In this document: piece after piece, positions 37,397 through 47,816 of the stretch | Position numbering within the stretch: the first letter of the stretch is position 1 | Layout: the number at the start of each line of letters is the position of its first letter | Source of the DNA: Acidilobaceae archaeon | Lineage (GTDB): Archaea; Thermoproteota; Thermoprotei_A; Sulfolobales; Acidilobaceae | Assembly (NCBI GenBank): GCA_038897215.1 | Contig: JAWAWX010000001.1 | Location: 64,001-128,000, forward strand | Direction of reading: 5' to 3' | DNA length: 64,000 nt | Program-made: the position numbers and the translations under genes | The notes under the pieces: generated by a model | Database searches by the model: none | What the model saw: only the letters and a program-made list of their open reading frames with translations | What the model was told of the DNA's origin: nothing

Positions 37397-40357
37397 ATGA
37401 GAGCAATGAGTAGATGGTTCTTAGCGCTAGCCTCCCTACTCCTCGTGGCAGTGCTACTATCGATAGCCCCCACTCCAGTGGACGCGCAGGCCGCTATTAG
37501 AGGCCCAGCCTCCGAGAGACTGGTCTACACGAGAGTACCCATCGAGAGAGCGGCTAGCGCTCTAGCAGCCGGCGAGATAGACCTGTACATATTCGGTCTG
37601 AGAGGAGGAGCTATAGCAGACGTGGCTAAAGTGCCTGGAGTCAAGCTGGTCTTCACCCCCACGGGTCTATTCAACTTCGTGCTCAACCCGGCCCCGGTTC
37701 ACATCATATCGCTACCGGGAAGACACACTATCGAGACCGCTGCTCTAACTCTGGGAATCAAGCCAATACTCATCAGTCACGTCAGCTACGATGAGGCGAC
37801 TCGCAGGAGCACTGTGGAGCTCTGCGGAGTCCTAACCAGGCCTCTGCCAACTGGCGCTACCGAGGTGTGGAGGCACCCCGAGGACACCTTCAACCCGTTC
37901 TGCATCAGAGAAATAAGGTTCGCGCTACACTATGCTCTCGACAGAGACAGGATAGTTAGAGAGATCTTCCATGGCTTCGCCTTCGTGAAGTATACTCACT
38001 ACGGTGTCGACGATCCTGTCTATGTCGATATAGCTGATGTAGTCGCTAAGTACAGGTTCGTCTACGACCCAGACTACGTCAAGAAGGTGGTTACTGAAGC
38101 CATGACCGACGCTGGAGCAACGCTCGTGGGAGGAGAGTGGCACTACGCTGGGAAGCCCGTAGTGATAAAGGCTCTGATCAGAGTCGAGGACGAGAGGCTA
38201 GACATCGGTAGAGCTTTCGCTCTAGAGTTAATCAAGCTAGGCTTCAGAGTCATCAGGACCGAGACAACCTTTGGTCCAGCTATAGCGATAGTCTACTACA
38301 CTGACCCCAAGGAGCTCCAGTGGAGTTACTACACTGAGGGCTGGGGCAGAGGAGCAGTTGTCCGCTACAACGCCGGCCCGCTAGCCCAGTTCGGCGCAGA
38401 CTACTACTGCTACCTGCCCGGCTGGTGCGAGCCCGGTTATTGGAACTACAAGCACCAAGTAGCGATAGATGGCAGGAACGCCTCAGACTACGCTAGACAA
38501 GCTATACTGATGAATGTAAAGAACAAGGAGGAGTGGCTCGACGCGCTGAGGAAGGGCACAGAGCTAGCGATCAAGGAGGCCATAAGGCTGTGGGGATGGG
38601 CGCGCCTAGATGCTCACGCTTACAGAGCAGAGGTTAGAGGAATAACGGAGGACCTGGGAGCAGGGCTCAGGAGCCCGTTTGTCTGCAGAGGCATACATGT
38701 GCCGGGCAAGCCTGAGCTCACCATAGGCCACCTGTGGGTCCACACTGCCACCACGATCTGGAACCCCTACAGAGGCTTCGGAGACGTCTACAGCGTAGAC
38801 CCTGGCAGGTGCACCTGGGACTTCGCTATGTGGTGGCACCCGTTCACAGCAATGCCTATAGAGTTCAGAGCTAGAGTGGTCAGCGTCGAGACAGCAGGCC
38901 CGGAGGGCAAGCTAGCGGTCCCCGCTGACGCCTTCTGGTTCGACCCCGTGAGGAACACGTGGGTGCCGGCTCACGAGCTCGGAAGGAGAGAGGCTACGAG
39001 CAAGGTCGTGATAGACTACTCGAGATTCCTCGGAGCCAGGTGGCACCACGGTCAGCCAATAACGTGGGCTGACATACTCGGAGGCTTCGCGCTCCTACTC
39101 GATGCAGTCTACGATGAAGAGAAGGTGAGGATAGAGCCTACTGTTAGCGGCTACTACAAGAGCACTCTCGACACATTCGTGGCTCTAAGAATAGTCGGCG
39201 ACACCAGGCTAGAGATATACGTCAACTACTGGCACTTCGAGCCATCCTTCATAGCTAGCTGGGCCGTGCTAAGGCTAGACCTGCCGTTCGAGATATGGGT
39301 GGCTCAAGATTATGCAGCATTCGTAGCTAAGACTCACGCTCTGGATAGACCTAGAGCTGATAGAGAGAGGATCCCGTGGCTCTCGCTGACTCTGAGAGCT
39401 CACGCTGAGGCCCTGGCAGGCATGCTCACTGGAGCGATATCCTTCGCTGACTACGCTAGCTTCGTGACGCTACCCGGCGGCAGAGTCCTCATGACGGAGT
39501 CCGAGTGGAGAGCCAGGACGAGCGCTGTAGCGAGCTGGTTCGCGAGCTATGGCAACCTCTGGATATCCAACGGTCCATTCATGGTGACCGAGTACAGCCC
39601 AGAGCTCCAGAGACTAACCCTCACAGCGTTCAGAGACCCGACGTACCCGTTCGGCCCCACAGACTGGGTCTTCGGAGCGGCTACCCCAGCTAGAGTCGTC
39701 GGAGTAGAGGCCGGGCTACTGGCTGTCGGCAGAGACTCCACTATAGCTGTTAGAGTGACCGGGCCTGGAGTGATAACGCTGAGATACCTGATAGTAGACC
39801 CGCAGACAGGCGAGGTCATAGGTAGCGGTGTTGCGGAGGGAAGAGAGGGAGTGATCTCCATCAATGTCCCAGCAGACATCACCTCGAAGCTAGTCGGCTT
39901 CGCTAGCTACAGACTCATAGTGGTAGCCGTCTCCAGCGAGGTAGCGATACCCTCAGAGTTCACGGCGCTAGTCCAGGCTGTGCCCGCTCAGTTCATAGAG
40001 CAGTACGAGGAGATAGTGAAGAGCGTCGAGGAGCTCGCCAAGGACATAGCACGCATAGAGGAGAGGATAGGCGGGCTCTCTAGAGAGATAGCTGAGGCGA
40101 TAAGAGGCCTGGGAGTAGCTCTATCCGACGCGATATCCAGGCTGGGAGTGACCCTGACGGATAGGATAGGCGAGCTTGGAACAACTCTCGAGAGCGAGGT
40201 CAGGAAGTCTAGAGCAGACATAGTGGATAGAGTAGAAGACTCCAGAGCAGTCAGCGATGCTGCGAAAACGTACGCTACCTACGCTCTAGTGCTATCGCTC
40301 ATCAACGCAGTGTTACTACTAGCGGTGATAGCTCTAATATTCACTAGAAGGAGCTAA
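37397..40357 (+). CDS. Peptide/nickel-family (family 5) ABC substrate-binding protein with coiled-coil stalk and C-terminal TM anchor
   Basis: Signal peptide, NPF...IRFALHYALDR, WHHGQPIT, SNGPF, C-terminal TM followed by RRS. Confidence 0.92.
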   Translation: MRAMSRWFLALASLLLVAVLLSIAPTPVDAQAAIRGPASERLVYTRVPIERAASALAAGEIDLYIFGLRGGAIADVAKVPGVKLVFTPTGLFNFVLNPAPVHIISLPGRHTIETAALTLGIKPILISHVSYDEATRRSTVELCGVLTRPLPTGATEVWRHPEDTFNPFCIREIRFALHYALDRDRIVREIFHGFAFVKYTHYGVDDPVYVDIADVVAKYRFVYDPDYVKKVVTEAMTDAGATLVGGEWHYAGKPVVIKALIRVEDERLDIGRAFALELIKLGFRVIRTETTFGPAIAIVYYTDPKELQWSYYTEGWGRGAVVRYNAGPLAQFGADYYCYLPGWCEPGYWNYKHQVAIDGRNASDYARQAILMNVKNKEEWLDALRKGTELAIKEAIRLWGWARLDAHAYRAEVRGITEDLGAGLRSPFVCRGIHVPGKPELTIGHLWVHTATTIWNPYRGFGDVYSVDPGRCTWDFAMWWHPFTAMPIEFRARVVSVETAGPEGKLAVPADAFWFDPVRNTWVPAHELGRREATSKVVIDYSRFLGARWHHGQPITWADILGGFALLLDAVYDEEKVRIEPTVSGYYKSTLDTFVALRIVGDTRLEIYVNYWHFEPSFIASWAVLRLDLPFEIWVAQDYAAFVAKTHALDRPRADRERIPWLSLTLRAHAEALAGMLTGAISFADYASFVTLPGGRVLMTESEWRARTSAVASWFASYGNLWISNGPFMVTEYSPELQRLTLTAFRDPTYPFGPTDWVFGAATPARVVGVEAGLLAVGRDSTIAVRVTGPGVITLRYLIVDPQTGEVIGSGVAEGREGVISINVPADITSKLVGFASYRLIVVAVSSEVAIPSEFTALVQAVPAQFIEQYEEIVKSVEELAKDIARIEERIGGLSREIAEAIRGLGVALSDAISRLGVTLTDRIGELGTTLESEVRKSRADIVDRVEDSRAVSDAAKTYATYALVLSLINAVLLLAVIALIFTRRS
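40076..40207 (+). repeat. Four degenerate 33-bp (11-residue) tandem units in the binding-protein stalk
   Basis: LSREIAEAIRG / LGVALSDAISR / LGVTLTDRIGE / LGTTLESEVRK, starting at 40076, 40109, 40142 and 40175. Confidence 0.75.
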
Positions 40358-40358
40358 C

Positions 40359-40419
40359 GGCTAGACTCTCGCAGAGTCTCCCTAGCCTCTACTCTTCCTC
40401 ATCTCCTTCTTTCTCCTTT
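40359..40419 (+). terminator. Hairpin plus pyrimidine tract after the binding-protein gene
   Basis: AGACTCT-CGC-AGAGTCT stem enclosed by GGCTAG/CTAGCC, followed by about 30 nt almost purely C/T. Confidence 0.5.
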
Positions 40420-40470
40420 AGTAAGTTTTTTAATCGCTCCTAGTAGAAGAGTAGAAGACCCTCGAGCTAA

Positions 40471-41586
40471 GTGTTACCTGTGGTGAGGTTAGTGTATCCT
40501 AGGGTTGCTCGAATACTAGCGTTTAGAGCTTTAACGCTACTATTCACGCTCCTCATCATAGTGCTACTTACAGCTCTCATAGTCACAGGCACAGGCTACG
40601 ATAGGATCATCATAGAAGCACAGATAAGGATGGAGATTCAGGCTTTCGTTGAATCTATCAAGAGACAAGGAGTCCAGGTTGACGAGACTGTTGTGAAAGC
40701 GTATGAGGAGGAGCTTAGAAAAGTGTACGGTCTTGACGCCTCTCCTCTCTATAGGGCCTGGAAGCTGGCTGTCAGCACTGTAACGCTTGATCTCTACGTG
40801 AGCCAGCCCTCGGTAGCTGACGCTGTCGGGCTAACGCCCCCAGTCAAGGTCGTAGACGCTATCAGGATAGCTTTGCCTAGAACCATAGTCATGATAACAA
40901 CAGCCTACATACTAGCCTTCCTCATAACTATACCGCTAGGCACCTTCGTAGCCTACAAGAGGGGGCGAGTGCTAGATAAGGCCGTGGTATCCTACGCAGC
41001 GCTCACTAACGCTCTGCCGGCTTGGTGGATAGCGATGCTCGCTATACTCGTCTTCGGCTTCGGGCTAGACGTGGCTCCGAAGAACTACAGGCTCGTGATA
41101 GCCCACCTGGGTGACCTCTCCAGGTCTCTCGAAGCACTAGACCTCTGGGGCTTCCTCGTAGCGCTCAAGGAAGTCTTGTACTACGCTTACCTGCCGGTAC
41201 TCGTGGTCTTCTTCGCTATATCAAACAACATAGTCTACGCTTCTAGAGCCATCACGCTCAGAGTAGTGACCGAGGACTTCGTGAACGTAGCTAGAGCCAA
41301 GGGGCTCAGCGAGAGGCTAATCCTCTGGAGGTACGTTCTTAGAGCAGCAGTAGGCCCCATACTCACCATGGTGATCTTGGGTCTAGCTGGTAGCATAGGA
41401 GGCTACATAATAACAGAGGCTATATTCGACTGGCCCGGCATGGGTCTACTGACCAGAGAGGCTATAACGAGTGGAGACTCGCCCACAGTACTCGGCCTAG
41501 TCTACGTGACGACAGCAGTATACATTGCGGCTAGGTTCTTGCTGGAGGTGCTCTACGTACTCCTAGACCCGAGAGTCAGGCTGTAG
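40471..41586 (+). CDS. Peptide ABC transporter permease (OppB/DppB-like)
   Basis: LPRT, DFVNVARAKGL, ITEAIFDWPGMG, LDPRVR. Confidence 0.93.
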   Translation: MLPVVRLVYPRVARILAFRALTLLFTLLIIVLLTALIVTGTGYDRIIIEAQIRMEIQAFVESIKRQGVQVDETVVKAYEEELRKVYGLDASPLYRAWKLAVSTVTLDLYVSQPSVADAVGLTPPVKVVDAIRIALPRTIVMITTAYILAFLITIPLGTFVAYKRGRVLDKAVVSYAALTNALPAWWIAMLAILVFGFGLDVAPKNYRLVIAHLGDLSRSLEALDLWGFLVALKEVLYYAYLPVLVVFFAISNNIVYASRAITLRVVTEDFVNVARAKGLSERLILWRYVLRAAVGPILTMVILGLAGSIGGYIITEAIFDWPGMGLLTREAITSGDSPTVLGLVYVTTAVYIAARFLLEVLYVLLDPRVRL

Positions 41587-41599
41587 GGGGTGGCGGGGA

Positions 41600-43111
41600 A
41601 TGGTGAAGGAGATACTCAGAGAGGCTCTCTCATCCGGTCTGGGTAGGGTCGGTGCAGCTATACTAATCTTCATAGTAGTGATGTCGGTATACGGCTACCT
41701 AGTGCTACCTCGAGACTTCCCCAAGCTCTGGATTGACACTACTGGAGTCAAGGGCTCCACATGGCACCTGAACCCGGAGAGAGCTCAACCCTCCTGGGTC
41801 TGGATCCTGGGCTTCGATGTGGCTCCGACTAGAGTATACTCTGAGCTGAAGCCGGCAGAGGAGAGAGTCATCATCAGGCCCGGGGACTTCGAGGTACTGG
41901 TCCCCGAGCTGAGAACGACAACAGTGCTCGGCACTGTTAGACCTATGCTTGGGTACACTCAGCTCTACGTGGCCACCTACGATCTTCAATCGAGAGCAGT
42001 CCCCCAGAACGTGGTCCTGGTACTCAAGCCCGTCAACGTGGCTGAAGACGCTCCCTCGATAACAGCCAAGGTTCTCTTGCTACTAGTACGCCCCGACAAC
42101 ACCACGGTGAAGCTGCTCGAGAAAGACACGAGCACTCGGAGAGAGCTAGTGGAGAAGATCGACTGTAGAGCCTATGCTCTAGACTACATAAGGTTTTACG
42201 AACTCGATATGAGAGTAGAGGATATCTGCGCTATGCGTTTCGAGAGTCCAGCGTTCATGAAGCCATCCGAGGACGGCTCTAGACTAGAGGCTCTACCCGG
42301 GAGGTACGTGCTGAAGCTAGTCATCGTATACCTCTACGATATCGAGGAGGTGAAGAGGATGATCGAGAGAGGAGAGACAGGGTTCCGAGTGGAGATAAGG
42401 GTCTTGGGGAATGCTTACGGGCTAGCGGGAACTGACATATACGGAAGAGACCTCTACCAAGGCCTGCTCTTCGGCTTCCACATAGCTCTCCTCGTGGGAC
42501 TCTTCGCTGCAGTAGGGACAGTAGTCTTGGGCATGTTACTAGGACTCCTCAGCGGCTACTTCGGTGGAGTGATCGACGAGATAGTCCAGAGGACAGCAGA
42601 CGTGATAGGCAACATACCCCTCCTACCTATATTGATGCTCATAGGTGTAGCTCTCCAGCAGCTAGGCTATTCAGGCTACGTGATACTCTTCGCGATAATA
42701 AGCTTCCTGATAGTATTCGGCTGGGGCGGGACAGCGATCATGGTTAGAAGCATGGTTCTATCCATCAAGAGTGAGGCCTACGTTGACGCGGCTAGAGCAG
42801 TAGGAGCCTCGAGCTTCAGAATAATATTCAGACACATACTCCCCCAAGTGCTACCCTACACTGTCGCTGTTCTAGTCTTCGCTGTGCCGAGCGCTATAGT
42901 GGCGGAGGCTGGGCTCAGCATTCTCGGTGTCCGCCACGACCTCCCCACGTGGGGCGCTATCCTCGCTGAGGCTAACAGAAACCTCGTCGTAGCCTACAGG
43001 ATGTGGTGGTGGATACTCTTCCCCGGGTCTCTCCTCGCACTATTTAGCTTCGCCTTTGTGGCTCTAGGCTACGCCATAGAGTCAGTAGTAGACCCGAGGC
43101 TTAGGAGGTGA
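41600..43111 (+). CDS. Peptide ABC transporter permease (OppC/DppC-like) with a large extracellular insert
   Basis: GTDIYGRD, YVDAARAVGAS, HILP, EAGLSILG, WWWILFPG. Confidence 0.93.
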   Translation: MVKEILREALSSGLGRVGAAILIFIVVMSVYGYLVLPRDFPKLWIDTTGVKGSTWHLNPERAQPSWVWILGFDVAPTRVYSELKPAEERVIIRPGDFEVLVPELRTTTVLGTVRPMLGYTQLYVATYDLQSRAVPQNVVLVLKPVNVAEDAPSITAKVLLLLVRPDNTTVKLLEKDTSTRRELVEKIDCRAYALDYIRFYELDMRVEDICAMRFESPAFMKPSEDGSRLEALPGRYVLKLVIVYLYDIEEVKRMIERGETGFRVEIRVLGNAYGLAGTDIYGRDLYQGLLFGFHIALLVGLFAAVGTVVLGMLLGLLSGYFGGVIDEIVQRTADVIGNIPLLPILMLIGVALQQLGYSGYVILFAIISFLIVFGWGGTAIMVRSMVLSIKSEAYVDAARAVGASSFRIIFRHILPQVLPYTVAVLVFAVPSAIVAEAGLSILGVRHDLPTWGAILAEANRNLVVAYRMWWWILFPGSLLALFSFAFVALGYAIESVVDPRLRR

Positions 43112-44190
43112 TGACTGTGAAGCCTCTCTTAAAGATAGAGAATCTGAGAGTCTGGTACCCTCTGAGAACAGGGTTCTTCGGCTTTCTCGGGCGCAGAAAG
43201 TACGTTAGAGCAGTAGATGGCGTAGACTTATCAGTAGGAGTCGGGGAGACCTACTGCCTAGTAGGCGAGAGCGGCTGCGGTAAGTCCACGCTACTCAGAG
43301 CAGTCATGATGCTAGTAGATAGAGATAGCATAGCTGGAGGCAGGATACTCTTCAGGCCTCACGACGAGGTCCTGAACGTAGCCATGAAGATCCAGCCCTC
43401 AGCAGTAGTCGATGGGGAGTACGTGGACCTCTATAGAGCTAAAGGGAGGCTCTCTAAGCTTATGAGGAGAGAGATACAGATAGTCTTCCAGGACCCCTAC
43501 AGTAGCCTCAACCCCAGGATGAGGATAAGAGAGATACTAGAGGAGCCTCTGGTAGTCCACGGAGTCAAAGACTCTAAGGCTCGCCTCAAGACAGTACTAG
43601 AGGCTATGAGGCTAGCGAGGCTAGACCCTCCGGAGGAGTTCCTCGAGAGATACCCTCACCAGCTCTCAGGCGGCCAGAGGCAGAGAGTAGCTATAGCTAG
43701 AGCAATGGTTCTAAACCCTCGACTGCTTCTAGCCGACGAGCCTGTCACGATGCTCGATGTCTCGATAAAAGCCGAGGTCCTACAGGTGCTCGATAGGATC
43801 AAGAGGGAGAGAGGTCTAAGCGTTCTCTTCGTGACACACGACCTAGCGCTAGCCAGATACGTGTGCGACAGAGTAGGCATAATGTATCTAGGCAAGATAG
43901 TCGAGGAGGGCAGAGTAGACGAGATACTAGAGAGTCCCGCGCACCCGTACACCAAAGCGTTGATCAGAGCGGTCCCAGACGTGGCCCCAGAGCTCAGGAA
44001 GGCTCTGAAAGACTTGCCGATTAAGGGCGAGGTGACTAGCGCAGTAGACATACCTCAAGGCTGCAGGTTCAGGCCGAGGTGCGTAGCATACGATGCCAAC
44101 GAGTGGGTTAGGCCTCGCTGCGAGAGAGAAGAGCCCCAGCTGAGAGAAGTCTCTCCAGGGCATAGAGCAGCGTGCTGGCTTAATGTCTAG
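43108..44190 (+). CDS. Peptide ABC transporter ATPase (OppF-like)
   Basis: GESGCGKST, LSGGQRQR, ADEP, HPYT, GCRFRPRC. Confidence 0.93.
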   Translation: MMTVKPLLKIENLRVWYPLRTGFFGFLGRRKYVRAVDGVDLSVGVGETYCLVGESGCGKSTLLRAVMMLVDRDSIAGGRILFRPHDEVLNVAMKIQPSAVVDGEYVDLYRAKGRLSKLMRREIQIVFQDPYSSLNPRMRIREILEEPLVVHGVKDSKARLKTVLEAMRLARLDPPEEFLERYPHQLSGGQRQRVAIARAMVLNPRLLLADEPVTMLDVSIKAEVLQVLDRIKRERGLSVLFVTHDLALARYVCDRVGIMYLGKIVEEGRVDEILESPAHPYTKALIRAVPDVAPELRKALKDLPIKGEVTSAVDIPQGCRFRPRCVAYDANEWVRPRCEREEPQLREVSPGHRAACWLNV

Positions 44191-44363
44191 CGCTTCTTCT
44201 CCTCCTCCAGGACTCTCGGGTTCAGAGCTTCATCTATTATCCTGTTCACGTCTCTCACTGCTCGCCCAAGCTTTCTAGCCACCTCAGCTGTCTCACGAGG
44301 CCCCAGGACTAGGAGGAGGATCAGTAATATCAGTACGAGCTCTCCGTAGTCGATACCGAGCAA
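44187..44363 (-). CDS. tatA: Twin-arginine translocase TatA/TatE family subunit (58 aa, below the ORF-track cutoff)
   Basis: MLGIDYGELVLILLILLLVLGPRETAEVARKLGRAVRDVNRIIDEALNPRVLEEEKKR: TM, GP hinge, amphipathic helix. GGGGAG before TTG. Confidence 0.88.
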   Translation of the reverse strand: MLGIDYGELVLILLILLLVLGPRETAEVARKLGRAVRDVNRIIDEALNPRVLEEEKKR

Positions 44364-44449
44364 CGGGCTCCCCGAAGTGAGTTAGAGTCTTCCCGACACC
44401 AATAAAGCTTTCCAGCTACTCCAGCACGCAGAAGGGAGGAGCCGAGCCC

Positions 44450-45331
44450 TTGATCTTGGACGCTAGAGCGGTAGACGAGCTGGTAGATGTTCACGAACTA
44501 CTCAGAGACATAGAGAGAGTCCTCCTAGAAGCCCCCAAGCCTCCTCAGCGAGTAGCGCTAGAGATGGAGAGCTCCTGGCTTGGAGTAATGCCGGCGTCAT
44601 GCCCGGGCTTCTACTCGGTGAAGATCGTTGGAGTCTACCCCAGCAACCCGGCTAGAGGCCTTCCGCTCGTCAGAGGAGTGCTCTTCCTAATAGACTCAGA
44701 GACAGGGGAGGTTCTCTTAGAGGCTGACGCAGGGCCCGCTACAGCGTGGAGAACAGCAGCAGCCTCAGCTCTAGCTCTCAGACTTCTAGGCTTCAAGAGG
44801 GGCGCTCTAGGGGTTGTGGGAGCGGGGGTTCAAGGGAGATACCATGTCTTGGTGTTCAAGAGAGTGTTCGACGTAGAGAGGCTACTCGTCTACGATATCG
44901 ACGAGAGGAAGGCGGAGAGGCTCGCTACCGAGGCCGGCGGCTCTGTGGCTAGAAGTGCTAGAGACGTACTAGAAGAGGCTGATGCAATCGTGGCCGCCAC
45001 CACGAGCAAGACCCCGGTAGTGCAGGGGGGCTTGCTCAAGCCCGGCTCTCTAGTCGCGAGCGTCGGGGCCCCCAGGCCCGTTAGAGAACTCGACGAGGTA
45101 GCAGTCAAGAGAAGCAGGTGCATTCTAGTAGATAGCATCGAGGGGGTGACGAGCGAGAGCGACGACTGGATCGGGGCTGAGAAACTGCTCTCTCTAGCGG
45201 ACGCGCTTAGAGGAGAGAGATGCGAGTGGGGCGATATCAGAGTCTACAAGAGTGTAGGCTACTCTCTCTTCGACCTAGCCGTAGCGATCCACCTATACAA
45301 GAGAGCTAGAGAGAGGGGCTTCTTGAAGTGA
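44450..45331 (+). CDS. Ornithine cyclodeaminase/mu-crystallin family protein (archaeal alanine dehydrogenase-like)
   Basis: MPA, VKIVGVYPSN, TAWRTAAAS, GAGVQG, YKSVG. Confidence 0.9.
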   Translation: MILDARAVDELVDVHELLRDIERVLLEAPKPPQRVALEMESSWLGVMPASCPGFYSVKIVGVYPSNPARGLPLVRGVLFLIDSETGEVLLEADAGPATAWRTAAASALALRLLGFKRGALGVVGAGVQGRYHVLVFKRVFDVERLLVYDIDERKAERLATEAGGSVARSARDVLEEADAIVAATTSKTPVVQGGLLKPGSLVASVGAPRPVRELDEVAVKRSRCILVDSIEGVTSESDDWIGAEKLLSLADALRGERCEWGDIRVYKSVGYSLFDLAVAIHLYKRARERGFLK

Positions 45332-45828
45332 GCGAGGAGAGCGTTAGGAGAGCTGCTCTAGCTCCAGCTGTAGCTTTAGTGGTAGCAGGCCTCCTAGGGC
45401 TACTCCTAGCTCTCGCTCTAGCTATCCTAAGCCAGCCTTCTCTAGCAGAGTTCGAGAAGACTCTAGACGTCATGTCGCCGCGCGTTATAAAGGCTAGAGA
45501 GCTGGTAGAGGGAGCTAGGCTAGTCCGCTACGTGCACGTAGTCATAGTAAATGAGGGAGACGCGGAGCTCGTGGTAGAGTATAGGGGAGCAAGGCGCGTC
45601 CTCGGCCCCCGAGAGTCTCTGAGCTTGGAGCTAGAGAGCTTGGAGGATGAACTCTGGCTCTCGGGAGAACGAGAGGTCAAAGCCAGAGTCTCTGCTAGAG
45701 TATCGGTCTACGAGGGGGGTAGCTTGGCTCTCTCGATTCTAGCGGCTCTCGTATTCATAGTCTCGGCTACGCTAGCTCTAGCGGGAGCGGCTCTCGCCTT
45801 CTCCATAATCTCCGGCAGGCTAGGCTAG
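45328..45828 (+). CDS. Hypothetical membrane protein
   Basis: N- and C-terminal TMs, GTGA overlap with the upstream stop. Confidence 0.65.
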   Translation: MSEESVRRAALAPAVALVVAGLLGLLLALALAILSQPSLAEFEKTLDVMSPRVIKARELVEGARLVRYVHVVIVNEGDAELVVEYRGARRVLGPRESLSLELESLEDELWLSGEREVKARVSARVSVYEGGSLALSILAALVFIVSATLALAGAALAFSIISGRLG

Positions 45829-46836
45829 CTCTGCTCTAGCGGCTACGCCCTCTAGCTTCTGCTCTATCCCATATGGTGCCTCCTCTAGCCAGCAGGCTAC
45901 CAGCCTACCTCCTCCTCTCTTCTCCAGCGGGGGCTCCTCGGAGAAGCACTTAGGCATCGCTACAGGGCAACGTGGAGCAAACCTGCAGCCCTTTATCGGC
46001 TTCGAGAGGTCCGGAGGCCTCCCGGGTATGTATACGAGCCTCTCCTTCCCCCCTCTTAGCTTCGGCACTGCCTTGATGAGGAGGTACGTGTAGGGGTGCA
46101 GGGGTCTGTAGAATATGTCCTCGTTGCTCCCAACTTCTACTATCTTGCCTCCATACATCACAGCTACTCTATCAGAGACCTCCGATATCACAGCTAGGTC
46201 GTGCGTTATGAAGAGATAGCTGAGATTCCTCTCTCTCTGGAGCTTCTTCAGCAAGTTGAGTATCTGAGCCTGGATGACCACGTCGAGAGCTGTGGTTGGC
46301 TCGTCAGCGATCACTACGTCCGGCTCTAGAGCTAAAGCCATAGCTATGACTACTCTCTGCTTCTGACCACCGCTGAGCTCATGGGGGTAGCGGTCAGCGA
46401 GCTTCCTGTCTAGCCCTACGCTCTCGAGGAGCTCGTAGACTCTCCTTCTAGCCTCAGACTTGCCGAGCTTCCCGTGGTAGACTAGGACTTCCTCTATCTG
46501 GCTACCTGCGGTCATAACGGGATTCAGGCTGTTTAACGCTCCCTGGAATATCATGCTAACCTTCTTCCACCTAATCATCCTCCTGACCTCAGACTCGCTA
46601 AGCTTCATTATGTCAATGCCATCCACTACAATAGACCCGCTCTCGATCCTGCCTGGCGGGGGAGCCATTCCTAGAAGAGACCAAGCTAGAGTACTCTTGC
46701 CGCAACCGCTCTCTCCAGCGAGCCCCAGAGTCTCTCCCTTCTCGATAGTCAAGTCTACACCATCGACTGCTCTAATCTTCCCCCTCATAGTGAAATAAGA
46801 TACCCTAACGTCTCTCATCTCGACGATAGCCGGCAA
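45820..46836 (-). CDS. Peptide ABC transporter ATPase (OppD-like)
   Basis: GESGCGKST, LSGGQKQR, ADEPTTALD, HPYT, GCRFAPRC. Confidence 0.93.
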   Translation of the reverse strand: MPAIVEMRDVRVSYFTMRGKIRAVDGVDLTIEKGETLGLAGESGCGKSTLAWSLLGMAPPPGRIESGSIVVDGIDIMKLSESEVRRMIRWKKVSMIFQGALNSLNPVMTAGSQIEEVLVYHGKLGKSEARRRVYELLESVGLDRKLADRYPHELSGGQKQRVVIAMALALEPDVVIADEPTTALDVVIQAQILNLLKKLQRERNLSYLFITHDLAVISEVSDRVAVMYGGKIVEVGSNEDIFYRPLHPYTYLLIKAVPKLRGGKERLVYIPGRPPDLSKPIKGCRFAPRCPVAMPKCFSEEPPLEKRGGGRLVACWLEEAPYGIEQKLEGVAARAELA

Positions 46837-47030
46837 GTTACTCTCCCACCCTGGGCTCTCTCGTGAGTCTCACTCCAGGACTTAATAACTTAGCTTCAGC
46901 TACACTCTCACCATAAACGCTACCAGCGACCTTCCAGGTCTCGATCGTGAGACAAGAGACTCTAGGCTTTGGCGGTCTAGCGTAGCTCAGTAGGCTCCCG
47001 CTTATCGCCCACTCGTTCGCGCACAACACT

Positions 47031-47816
47031 CTAGAGCCCTCTAGGTCTTCTGTACGCAGTCTCAGCTATCCATAGTGTTGCATAGACTGTGAAGCCTAGA
47101 GTGCAGACGGCTATTATGCCAGCGTAGACGGTCTCGTAGTCGTAGACTCTGTGAGCAGTCTCTATTAGCGCTCCGAGCCCGTATCTCCCGAGACCGTGCG
47201 GGCTTATGACGATGCTCTCTACGACGAACGTCAGGCTTAGAGAGACCCCTACGCATATCCTCAAGCTGGTTAAAAGAGGCATGAATATACCTGGTAGTAT
47301 CACGTACCTGATTAGGTGAGTGAAGCCGGCACCCATGCTAGCCAAGACCTCCTCGTATTCTCTCGGCAGTCTAGAGATGGCTTCAATGACCCCGATGGAT
47401 AGGATAGGGTAGAGTATGGCTGAGATGAGAGCTATCTTGATGACCTCGAAGCCGAAGAGAATCATGAAGAGCGGTAGTAGAGCCAGTGTGGGCACGGGGA
47501 TCAGGAGAGCTACCAGCACTCTCAGAGGCTTACCCAGCCTCGTTCTAGTAGCTATGATGCCTGAAGCGACGGCCGCTACTGTTGCTATCGAGAGAGCAGC
47601 AGAGACTCTGAGCAGAGTTGCTCCAGCGTGTAGAGCCAGCTCTCCGCTTAGAGCCAGCTCCTTGAGCTCATCGAGCACAGAGCTAGGCTCTGGGAGAATG
47701 TAGGGCTTGCCTAGAGCAGAGCTAGCTAGATGCCAGAACCCCAGGATGACTATTAATGATAGTAGAGTGATCAAGACCCATAGTAGAGCCTCGCGAGCTC
47801 TACTACTCTCCAGCAA
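47031..47816 (-). CDS. NitT/TauT-family ABC permease
   Basis: LPEP, PVPTLALLP, GLGAL motifs, about 6 TM. Confidence 0.85.
   Translation of the reverse strand: MLESSRAREALLWVLITLLSLIVILGFWHLASSALGKPYILPEPSSVLDELKELALSGELALHAGATLLRVSAALSIATVAAVASGIIATRTRLGKPLRVLVALLIPVPTLALLPLFMILFGFEVIKIALISAILYPILSIGVIEAISRLPREYEEVLASMGAGFTHLIRYVILPGIFMPLLTSLRICVGVSLSLTFVVESIVISPHGLGRYGLGALIETAHRVYDYETVYAGIIAVCTLGFTVYATLWIAETAYRRPRGL

Noticed and set aside
46838-47029. 63-aa ORF or sRNA between the two ABC loci
   Set aside because: No recognisable motif or SD, box-like elements wrongly spaced; probably the promoter region of the oppD-like gene.
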